DNA of 64,000 nucleotides from Marsupella aquatica (Eukaryota; Plantae; Marchantiophyta): NCBI GenBank assembly GCA_973895155.1, contig OZ316897.1, positions 4,000,211 to 4,064,210 of the forward strand, read 5' to 3'. Shown piece by piece: positions 44,700 to 55,514 of this stretch (position 1 is its first letter; each line of letters starts with the position of its first letter). The notes under the pieces were generated by a model. It saw only the letters and a program-made list of their open reading frames with translations, ran no database searches and was not told where the DNA came from. The position numbers and the translations under genes were made by a program.

Positions 44700-45640
44700 C
44701 CAGAAGCCAAGTGAGAGCATTAAGATCCATTACCTTGCCAAGTAAAGCATTCCTGGCCAGCCTGGTGATCTTGGTGTGACTTGTAGTACCGGATTGGAAG
44801 CCCATAGCCCGTTCCTTGATTTGATCATAGCTGGTTGGGAATGCCAAGGGTTTTCAGCTGCTGGTCACGGTGCTGGATTGCATGATTCTCGTTCTAGCCT
44901 TTTCACAGCATTGGTTCAGATTCTCACCTGGGCTCAATCCCTTTATCCTGCTGTTGGTTATATCATTGAGAATACTCCATCTTAGTTTGACCAGCGTCCA
45001 CAGGTCAAAGAGGATTTCAGTGTGGTCCACCACTACTTGGGACCACCCCTTCTCATTGATGCAGTGCACTGTGGTTCTTATGCACATCGTCTTCGTAACT
45101 TTTGGACTAACCTTGCACCACCTTCCTTGCTGGAGTTAGCTCTTCACCACACATCCAGGGACACTACCCTCATAGTGGACCAGATTTTGGATCCTGACAG
45201 TTCTTACCAACTAGTTACACGGCAAGAGTCAGCACCTTGGTATCCAGCCAATACCATTGGACAGCCCCGTGCTGCTTGGCCTACATTTGTATCCTTTCCA
45301 AGTGCACATGCCTTTCAGGGTGATGGTCCTGGCCTGGTTTATCAACATTCTACCGGTACATGGGATGAACCTAGTCCTGAGGAGAGAGAAGCCAAGAAGG
45401 GTTAAGTGCCGGTGCTGGACAAGCTGGATATCTGGAGGAAAGAAAGAAAATGCAGACTTTCATGCACTGTGTGGAAACTGCTGGGGAAATCGCTCGGAAA
45501 ATTCCAGTCGACGGGATTCAACCACTTGCCGTGCACCTGGATCAATATCCACATAGATGTACTGCTTCACCACCATGCCAGACTGTAGGAGAGCTTCCAG
45601 GCCTGTAGAAATGCCACCAAAAAGCTCAAGCAATGTAAGG
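44700..45640 (-). pseudogene. Cytosine-5 DNA methyltransferase domain within the D pol (middle segment inverted to the + strand)
   Basis: Motif I LLELFGGISTG (minus, ~45601-45633). Motif IV DLIIAGWECQGFS, motif VI YIIENTP and motif VIII AHRLRNFWTNL are on + (44812-45390). ERAMGF...RNALLGKVMD is back on minus (<44811). Confidence 0.9.
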
Positions 45641-48600
45641 CCATCTGAAGGAGGAGTCCATGTAACTGGTGTGCTCAAGATTGGGGCTATTGGTTGGCCA
45701 TTGTGCTGCCCAAGATCCTCAAATTTGCGCAATGCAGCCACCAAAGGTCCATGGGCTGCTTGGAGCCGTTGTACCACCTCTGGTTGATGATCCACATTGC
45801 TGGAAAGTGCTGCTATACGTGCAGCAGCATGTGCAGTAGCCACCTCATCATCATCCTCCTCAATCCAATCCTGCAATGGGTGGTTGACATAGGTAGCTGT
45901 GTGCACTGCTTTCAACACACAGTGGTGAGCCATAGGTGTATGGGCACCATGCAAATCAAGTGGAATGTAGCCCAAGTGTGAGCCATCCGTATGCCAATCA
46001 ACTCTGTAGTATGCATGCTCATGCCAGTTGTCAATGGTAAAACCTGGTGGGAACAAAGCCTCCTGGCCAATGAGCACATCATACGTAGTGGCATTGGTAA
46101 CCAAACATCTGACTGGGAAATGCAATTCCTGATCTGTACCTTCATTAAAAGTGAGAGTGAGTAAAGTAAAACTCTCACCCAGCACATCCTCCACAATGCC
46201 ACTAGCAGTCCGAATGTGCCACTTGGATTGCTGTAAATGATCAGTCAATAGTCCATCTTCTTGGCAAACTGAATGCCCAATATCACTGGTTGAGCACCTA
46301 TGTCTAGCATGACCACCTGAGGAGTGTGACCCTCCAACTTGACCACTGAATTTCTGTTGTCAACAATGGCAATGGTGGTGGAAACTGAAGTCCTATCACT
46401 AGGCACCACTCTCGGCAAATGATGAGGTACCTTGTGAAGGGAGTTAGTATCCACGGTCTTTCCACTCAACAACATAGCCAGGAAAGATGGAGCAGCATGA
46501 CCAGAATCAAGTGTAGCTCTGGTCACACAATCAGCAGCAATCGGTACTGGGGCAGCCAAACCAGTGGAAACATGTAATGGAGAAGAAGAAGGTCCAGTAT
46601 GTACATGAGATTGGACCTCCAAAACCGGTGTCATAGGGGCTGATGAAGAATGTAGTGAACCCTCTAGCGCTCTGATGACAGCTCTAGCATCCAGCTGTAA
46701 ATCATGGCAACTGAAAAGTGGAGTTGTAAGAATCCTTTGTGCCATACCGGAGGTGAAATGCTCAAGCAGCTCAGGAGAAACAACTCCCTGTGAAATGTCA
46801 GCAGCACCTGGTGGTGGAATGGATGTAGCTGTAGCTCCCTCCCCCCTTGCCAACAAGGTGCGCTCTTCAGCAAGTGTGAGTGGCTGAAAAGATTGGGGCA
46901 TGATAGCCCGAGCTCCCCTGGCTCTAGTCATAGGACCGGTAGCAAGACCATCAGCTTGTACAATGCGGCATGTGGGAGCAATACGGGAGGCAGCACTGGC
47001 CTGCTGGTAAGCAAAATAGGAAGGGTAGAATGAATCTGAAAATTTTGCTGTAAGGCCAGGCTGTGGAGCAGAGGACAACACACACTCACCCATATGAGCA
47101 TCAAATGGCAAGCCATAGAAAGAGCGGGGTAGAGGTGCTGAACTGTCAGTGGTGCCTGGGCCAGGGATGGGTTGCACGTGACCAGCCGGTTGAGAAGGAC
47201 CAACAGAGGCAGTTGACTTGCCTTTGATGTTGGCAAGTTGGGCACGTAGGGACTCAACCTCATAAGTCAGAGACTGGAGTTGAGTTGCCTATGCGTTGTG
47301 AGCCTCCTTCTGAGCTAGTTGCTTCTGTTGCTGCTTGGGCGGTTTGTTGGCACTAGATGCTTTGCCACTGGAAGGAGGAGCAGTTGATGCAGTAGGAGCC
47401 CTCCTAGCTGGTGGGGGAGTGGAAGCAGGAGCAGGAGGAGGGGCCTGCTGTCGTAGCTGCTTCATCTCTGGGAATTTGGCAAAACAAACTACCTCCAAGT
47501 GACCCACTTTCCCGCAAAAATCACAAGACAGGTCCTCAGCAACAATATCACATTCATTAGCCTTATGATTGGGGTTACCACAGTAGTTGCAAGATGGCAG
47601 CATGAAAGCAGCATGGGCTGGCTTGGTCTTGGAACCATACTGTGGCACACAGGAAGGGGTGGCCAGTGTAGGGGCAGCAGCCTGGTCCCTGGATCGCGGT
47701 GGACGTGCAATATTGGCCTCATAATGTGCATGGGCCAACTCAAGTTTCTCAGCAGTGTCATAGACATTGAGCAAGGTGTAGCTATCTCCAAACTCTGAGA
47801 ATACTTGCTGCAACACTTGTGAATGGAGAGCTGGTGTGCCCTCCAATGCGCGAAGATAGCGATGAGCAGCTTCCAGGTCAGTGATGCTCTGGGTGTCCTC
47901 CTTCAGCTTGAGAAGCCGGCGATACATCATCTTCAAGGTTTCATTGCGCTGCCTCACAAAGGTTGCCAATTGCATGATTTTGTCAGCACTCTTGATTGGG
48001 AATTCCAATTCAAGAACCTGGAAAAACTCAGCCACTGGATCAGCAAAGGCAGGAGAATCAATGGTGGGAGAAATGCCTGATGTAGCCTGTGCCAAGACAG
48101 TGGGAGTAACTGGCGCAGTGGTAGGAACTGGAGTAGGAGGGGAAGTGGCAGGAGCAGCAGCATGGGCTGCAATGGCATTCTGTAAGGCCAATTGTGAGGC
48201 TGCCACAATTGCACTGGCATAGGTAGGGTTAGGCAACTATGTGACAGCAAGCAGCCATTGAGAGTGTTGCTCATACACATCTAAAGCCTCATGGTGCACA
48301 TACCTGGCTAGCTGCTTAAATGCAAAAGCATTTGTGAAATTGTTGCCGTACTTCAACTCCAATTTGTAAACGACAGTGTAGAAAGTGGATTTGAACTCAT
48401 GTAAAGAGACAGTGCCTGGCCGTCCACTTAAGCGCTCAATGCGGCCAGATGAGTGACTGGCGTCCATGCTGTATGTCGGTGAAGCAGGAACAACCACGGA
48501 TGCAGAAGGGGTAAATGGCAAGGAAGTGATAGCAGGCTTTGGGGTAGTGGTGAAGCGACCGACAAATTGAGCAGAAGGATTGCGTGGTGTGGGTGTTGCT

Positions 48601-48731
48601 GCTGTCTGCAGACGTCGTCGAAATTGCCGAGACTCCAATGAAATTGGCACCAACGATCGTGGATCACTCCGTAAGTGGTACCGGGGTGTTGGTGGCGGTG
48701 AGCTGCTACCTCCCGGCTCGTCTGCTGACAT
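45641..48731 (-). pseudogene. Element D Gag (two CCHC knuckles) and aspartic protease
   Basis: ATG at 48731; CNYCGNPNHKANEC and CDFCGKVGHLEVVC; protease VMLDIGAQPVILG (~46300) and YDVLIGQ; in-frame TAG codons at 48237 and 47289; frameshift ~46248. Confidence 0.85.
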
Positions 48732-49139
48732 GCTATGTGGCAGTACCCGATGTACTCAGGTAATGTACAAAATGTGTAAACACGTTGAAGAACCGTCAAC
48801 GTTCAAAATCTGTCAGAGAAAAAGGACCCTTAAAAATGTGAAGACATTGGGCGCCCCCTTAATTAAGTGTATAAACATGGGGCCCCGTTAAGTGTATACG
48901 TCGGGGCCCGATGTGGACCCAGGAACTGGCAAGCTCGACAGAAAAGAGGCCAGGCGCGCGTCGGCAGCAAAATCATCCTCACGGGAACCGGCCGAGTGTG
49001 TAAACACACCCAGGGCACGGCGCCCTATGCACAGCCCGCGGAGGCCCTATGCAGGTCGTTGTGAGGCGGAAGGCAAGACGACGGCCGAAAGAAAAGAGAG
49101 ACATGCGGGAGGCGAGGCAAAAGAAACCGGGCCAAACCG

Positions 49140-49560
49140 GGCCCTCTTAATGGCATGAGCCCCCCCCATAGGGCTTCGTGCCCCACCTTAAGAGCTTCCG
49201 AAGGGAAGCTACGAGCTCCCCCTCCCCTCCTTAATGAAATTGGGCCTCGTGCCCTGGTGACAGTGCTCCCGAAGAGGGAGTCGAGTGTACTCCCCCTCCT
49301 CCCTCTTTAATGCTGCTTTATGGGCTTTGTGCCCTGCAGAAGACTCCCGTGAGAGGAGTCGAATGTACTCCCCTCCCCTGCTTCAATGTTGCTTAGGGCC
49401 TTGTGCCCTCCTGGCACCCTTGCTCCCCCTCCTTCTTTAATGCAACATAGGGCTGCGTGCCCTCTCCTAACACTCGCTCCCCCTCCTTCCTGCTTTTGCT
49501 TGTACTTGGCTCCCCCCTGCCCCTGCTTTAATGCAGAATAGGGCCTCGTGCCCTCTCCAT
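49140..49560. repeat. Degenerate 55-80-bp repeats in the D leader
   Basis: Recurrent ctcccctcc...ttaatg...gggcYtYgtgccc, about 6 times. Confidence 0.7.
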
Positions 49561-50717
49561 GCTTATGCCTCAACTTAATCCCCCTTCCCTACTGTGTAAT
49601 TGCTGGCAACAGGCGAGGGAGGAAGAAAAACGCCGAAGGGAGGGTGCACGGCCCTATGCGCGACCCAGGGGCAATGATGAGCCCCGCATGTGTATACCCC
49701 TGGTCCAAGCTCGCGATGATAACTGCGAGGGAAGGCGAGAAGAAACGACGGCCGGGAAGAAAAATTGGGTGGCAGCAGGTCGCGACCGGAAAAAGATGAA
49801 AGAAAACGGACCCGTGGCTCTGTGCGCTCGGGAGGAAGTCGCGAGGTGATCGCGCGGTAGTCGAGGGAAACTCGCCGGCAGCCGTGGCCGGGAATGCAAA
49901 AATGACCCCAAAAGCAGTCGAGGCAGCAAGCGGCAGTGACAGTAAGAAGGAGCACATAGCAAAAGGGGTCACGAATGTAGCCGGGAACAAAGCACGGACT
50001 CAAATGGTGATGTTATGTGTATACTTATACACATAGCACCACATTAAAACCCATAACTCTTAACCCGCCATTCCTATGCTGCTCAAAGAAATTGCACCGG
50101 CTTCGACGGAAATTGTATGTACCGACCTAAGCAGCTGAGATGAGAATGTCTCCTATCTTCTTCCTCTCACCACAGAGTTCTTCTTGAATAAAAGGCGTGA
50201 TAGAAACAAGTGTACTGAAATCGAATCAAAAACCGGCGGGATGCCAAGATCGGCCGGGAGCATCTAACGAATCACTGTGTGAATCCCGTGTACGGAACCG
50301 ACGAGCACTGTCTGAGCTCTGTCGACAGCGATTCAAGAAGAACTGAAAACCCACAAAGAAAGACATGCCCTAAGTAAACAAAGTCTTGGCGTCACACTAA
50401 CAAGCGCGTTTGCTTCAAGAACGCCTGGCATTTGCTATAAGAACATGTCGCTAACTCAAGTCGTACACTAGCCCTAACTACATACCTAGCGGGCATGCGA
50501 GGGACATGCCGATGTGCATAAGAGGCACTGTCCCTTGGCATGACAGAGAGCTTGTGCTGTGGATGCTTGGTATGGCCGGTCGGCCTAGAGTGCAGTAAAG
50601 CTCTTGTGTGTTCCCGTGGACGTAGCTTCATGTGGAGGTGAACCACGTATCTCTGTGTGTCGACTATTGTGCGTTGGATGGTTCATGGGCTTGCCGTTGC
50701 GAATGTCGTCTATGCTC

Positions 50718-51680
50718 TACCTGATGTTTCCATTCATTGTATATTCTTTTTTATTCATTGTATGATCCAGATTTAATCTAATAATAAATACAAGAAGCCA
50801 TGAGCCCGACACCATACCTGAATGGGCCCTTGAGTTCTTATGACCCTACGCAGGGTTGTTTCCAATAGCCTTATCCTTGAACATAAACAGAAATAAGGAG
50901 AAAATAAAACTTGCACAAAAAAGGATTCGATGCTCCATCTTCACCCCCATCCTTTTGTCTGCAGCCTCGTTTTTTGTGTACACCCTCACTTCCAGTCATG
51001 CCCTCAACAAGAGTCAGAATCTAGAGAGTGGGCCCAGGGAATAACTTTTGATTGAGCTTTATTAGTTAGATAGATTACCCGTTCCTAGAAGGCAAACACA
51101 AATGAGGAAAAGAAACCTTGCAGAGAAAAATGCTCCATGCTATTTCTTGTTCATCTTTGCCCTCCCTTTCTTGTTGATACATCCCCCACTGGCCCACTAT
51201 TAACTTTTCATTGCAAGTAATGAGTTAAATAGATTACCCGTGCTTTGAATGTCATTAGAGATGAGGAGCCAAAAAAACATTGCCAAGAAAAAAACTCCAT
51301 GCTATTACTATTCATCTTTACCCCATACCTATTTTTGTATGCACCCTCATTTATTGAGGGCACCCCCACTTTCAGTTATGCCCTCAGTTAGAGTCACGGT
51401 CTAGGGGCTTCATTGTACACACTAGGCCCCGGGAATAGCTTTTGATTGTGCTCTTAATTAGATTCATAGTGTGATCCATAAGCCAGTTCTTATAAACCTA
51501 GCCGATTCCATTTCATTGTTTGATGAGATTTAATCCGGTAAATTTAAAAGAAGCCATTGGTCTCACACCATACCTAACTGGGCCCCCAGTTCTTCTAAGG
51601 CTACTGTACCTGTTGCTGATGTAATTTATTGTATGGTCCAAATTTAATCTCATAGAATAAAAGAAGCTATGGGCCCTAAT
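50718..51680. repeat. Dispersed/tandem host repeat family into which A inserted
   Basis: ccagatttaatc...aagaagccatg...ggcccc..agttcttat units at 20900-21070, 50718-50850 and 51480-51680; related gattacccgttc segments at ~51070 and in an ALG1 intron at ~12050. Confidence 0.6.
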
Positions 51681-54575
51681 CGCTTGAAAAGTCACCATTA
51701 GTATTCAATAGTAGAAAATGGTATATCTTTTTGAGTTGTGTATTGTACGTAATTGCATATTACACACATTCACACACATGGCCGTCTGCTGAAACTTAGA
51801 TGACAACATCATAATATCATATGGTTGTGTGTGCCGTGCAGGGGAGCACTTAGAGCATTAGATCCGCTATACAATATTACAATGCTTCCCCCAGAAAATA
51901 TGGAGTGTTCAGTTCATAAATCCCTTTTCTGACTCCCATTGGAAGTCAATATGGTTCTGCAAATGCCCCCAGCCCTGGCTAAATGTCTGCGCTCTGCGCC
52001 ATTCCTACCCTTCTGGAGCGGCGGCAACTCTACCATTTGGACCACCTTTGCATGCACCCAACTGAGATTGGATGTAGGGCTTTAGATCTGACTACCTGCA
52101 GGAGGGAAGGTAGATGAGTGTGTGTTGCAGGACACTGCCAGCTTGAGCTTTAAGTGCTACATTTTAGTGGGGGAACCCTACCCACCCAATTTACTGCCAG
52201 GGTCAAAGCTGGTGATCATAGGCCTGTTGATTTCAGTCGGGAATGGAGCACATGGGTGGGAATTCTTTAAGGTAAGTTTTACAGGGCCTTTTTCAAATTA
52301 GCTTGCTTAGTTAGAGAAATTGGAAATACTAAATATTCCCAGACTGTATTTTACATTTATTTTTCCAAGATTAACTAGAACAATTGACTGATAAAATCCA
52401 GGTAGCAAAGTACAAGCAAGGATGGAGAAAGCAATCCAGGTAGTGTTTCTTTTAAGTACACCCAAGGACTGAGAAAGATATCCAGGTAATCCCTTTTTCC
52501 AAGTACAAACAAAGACGGAGAAAGAAGTTGTGGGAGTCTGGTGGAAGTTCTTTGCTTAAGCTTTTCATTTCCAAGACAACTAAGGACGGAATAAGAAGTA
52601 TTCGATATATAGCATGCTAATAAGGGGAACTTAAGCAAAAGATGTCAAGATTAAAAATTAAAAGATGCTAAGTCAAAAGATGTTAACACAAAAAATTAAA
52701 GCTATGTCTTCTAACGATGTATAGGTGATATAATTTCTTTTTTGCTGTAGAATAGTATTTGTTACGAGTGAGTGAATGAAATACAAGAGTAGAAGTACAG
52801 CACATGAAAAGAAAAGTACAAAGGTACTTAAGAGTTTGCACATAAGTTGACAGATAATCACTTTCCTTTAGCTAATGACACTCAAATCAATCAAACCTAT
52901 AAACCTATAAACTTAAGGAACAAACCATAAGGGGAACTTAAACAATAGATGTCAAGATTGTTAGAACCACTTTCTCTCACTCACTAGAAGAGATAGAATG
53001 TCTCTCAAATGATAGAAACTCCTAGAAACTTGCTCAAGAGATTGTATGCACAATATTGAGATTCAAAATTAGTAGGAAAGAAGAGTCTTAGGATAGCAAA
53101 AATTAAAATCATTAAGAGAGGTGCCAAAATTAATTCAAAGCAAATATATAAATGATGCATCTTGTCAGGCACATTGAAATGAAAATATGCAATCTAAATT
53201 TTTAAGACCACAAGGGTGGATTCACCATATGTAACAGCATCAAAATCTTCTTTTTTAATCTTTTTTCCAAGTCAATCAAGGACGGATAAAGTAGTCATGG
53301 GAGTCTTTGTTTATTAAGCCTCTTTCTTCCAAGTACAACCAAGGACGGCGAAGCCAGATAGTCAATACTTGAAATTTTGTTTTTTCCTTTTTCTTTTCCA
53401 CTTTCTAGGTTTTTGGGGTTTCTCTATGCTCGCTTATTTTCAGCTAGGTGTTTGTCCCCTTTGGATCTCTTTTGCTTATTCTCTTTTGTACTTTGTTTTG
53501 CGCTTTATGTTAATAAACTTTGGGTGTAATTTTCTTCGACCACCACTGTCCACAAGGTTTGGGGAGGACAAAATAGTGCACGTTTTTATTTTCTTGATAT
53601 TATTATTGACTTTAGTAAACTGGATACACCAGGTGTTCCTTTGGGGACAATAGTGTTTTAAGAACAATACCCCAATTTTAATGAACAAGAAAGTGCATAT
53701 CGAAGCACTTTTATGGCTTAAAGTCCTCTCTGTACCTTTTTAGCTTTTACTTCATTGTTGTTTGTTTGGCCCATTTTAGCAGATTGGTCCTTTTTCTCCC
53801 AAAAGGTATTATAGTTTCAAATTAGTTTGTGTACACCCATCCCATCTTCCATTAGTGGTTCTTAAATTCAATCATAGAAACTGGACCTTGGTTAAGTAAT
53901 TGTATCAAATTTGTGGGTTCATGGAGCAAGCTAGAAGATGAAGCCCATATGGATTACTCATTTAGCAATCTAGAAAGTGAAGTCATTTGGCTTCCCGTAT
54001 CAATGCTCATCCTACTTCCCCCTAATTTTGAATGTCTTCTAACTTCAAAATTGAAGCTAATTGCCTATATCACCTTCAATCTTAGATCCTTTCCAAGTAG
54101 TGCTTCATTGTATATCACCTACCTGTTTTCAGATCACTGTCTAACTATGTACCAGCATAGACCAAGGGTCCCAAACTGGGAGTGCCATCACCAGTTTTCT
54201 TCTCTCCATTCATTTCAACATTTTTTACTACCTTAGGAGTTTAAGTCCAGATAGCCTCAACCCATTTCTATAGTTCTCTATCTTTGGAAGAAACCTACAA
54301 TGTGCATTTTTCTATAGAAACACTTTTGAATGAGCTTCAAATGAATCTAACACTCAAATATCATCAAATATTGGAGAAGTCACAACTTCATGAATTTCTC
54401 TGCCCTTACTTGAAAGTTTAGCTATGGGCCAAAAGAAAACAACTTCCATTTTTTCCTAATCCCTCAATGTTGAGAACCAAGCTATTGTGAGTAACAATTG
54501 ATTGAATTTAATTAAATGCTAAGCATAATAACCATGAGATAAAAAAAAGAAAATATATTTTAGAAAAGACACTAT

Positions 54576-54680
54576 CATGATATTGTTCAGACTACCCAAT
54601 GGGTTAGAAAAATCTATAACCCTTGCAACATGATATTGTTCAGACTACCCAATGAGTTAGAAAACTCTATAACCCTTGCA
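54576..54680. repeat. 53-bp tandem duplication
   Basis: catgatattgttcagactacccaat at 54576 and 54629. Confidence 0.9.
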
Positions 54681-55514
54681 CCGTTCTGTAACTCAGTATC
54701 TCCACTCGACACAATGTTCAGGAACATAGGCTCTAGCAAATACAAATACAAATACAGCAAAAATGGCAGCAATGAAAATTAATGAGTAAGAAATGTTCCA
54801 AAGCACCAATGCCAAACTTCATTGGGTCTCAGGTCTTTTAGGATCCTGTTTCCCAAGTAGGCTCTTTTCGCTCTTTGGCAACATGATGTATTATTTCAAA
54901 GCCTGACCTGCAATTTCTTGTGATCTTTGATCTTGCCTGAGTACCATAGTCTTCCAATCACAACTTTTTGCGGTGCTGAACAATTAGCTAGATTCCACTT
55001 CAGTGACGAATATCGGCCACTTTGGCTTAAATTTTTCTGAGGTTTCTACCTTCCAGTAGAGCATCCTTCCATCAGAGCATCTTCAACTGTTGGAAAAATA
55101 AGCTACTGCTAAACCAAAAAATTTGCCCACTATTTGGGCTAAATGCTTAGCATCTCCTTTTCCCTAGAAACTGACGCCAGGATGAACGACCATGCTGGAC
55201 AGAGTGCTCTCATGGACCATATTATGGTGATCCATGGGAATTTGTGGCCCATGACTTGAAGCTTATGAGTTCCGGATCATTTGTGAGTTGTGCACCTGCA
55301 AGGCAACTAGAGAAGTAGGAGACTTTAAGTACAAGACATACAGCTTACCTATTTCTCCAGCATATCCTAAAATTAAAAATAATAATTAAATTTGTCAACA
55401 TCAAGTTATTGTAAACATACTCGAATTGTGGACAATATGGTTTGTGTGAGTTTCAAAGACCAACCTTGCGGTACATAGAAGCTTTCATCTCTTTATCTAA
55501 GATACGTTCGCCAC

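Larger units (their letters stand above)
34272..50545 (-). mobile_element. Ty3/gypsy-type element D encoding a C5-DNA methyltransferase and a PHD finger; no LTRs detected
   Basis: Interrupts the A 3' LTR with a 4-bp TSD GAGA (34268-34271, 50546-50549); ends TGTCATGCCA...TGTCACGACA on the minus strand; domain order gag-PR-MTase-RT-RH-INT-PHD. Confidence 0.92.
21071..50717 (+). mobile_element. Copia LTR retrotransposon A (outer host of the nest, degenerate)
   Basis: 5' LTR 21071-21414; degenerate Met PBS tggtgtctgaac at 21417; gag from 23117, split by B at 23829/30327; pol (PR-INT-RT-RH) 30675-33888 with stops and frameshifts; PPT 34078-34095; 3' LTR split into 34096-34271 and 50550-50717 by D. 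Confidence 0.93.

Noticed and set aside
47289-48239. In-frame TAG codons in D gag as programmed readthrough
   Set aside because: Single copy, mid-domain, and explicable as CAG>TAG decay, unlike the TGA conserved in three Copia copies.
50446-50545. Highly diverged ~100-bp 5' LTR of D matching 34272-34360
   Set aside because: Only scattered short matches and no PBS; D is too young (inside a ~96%-identical LTR pair) for such divergence.
51780-52275. Exon-like GC-richer block ending in a GT donor
   Set aside because: The frames examined contain stops and no family could be recognised.
52959-53236. Possible old solo LTR (TGTTA...TAACA)
   Set aside because: The flanks AAGAT and GCATC do not form a TSD, and there is no second copy in the window.
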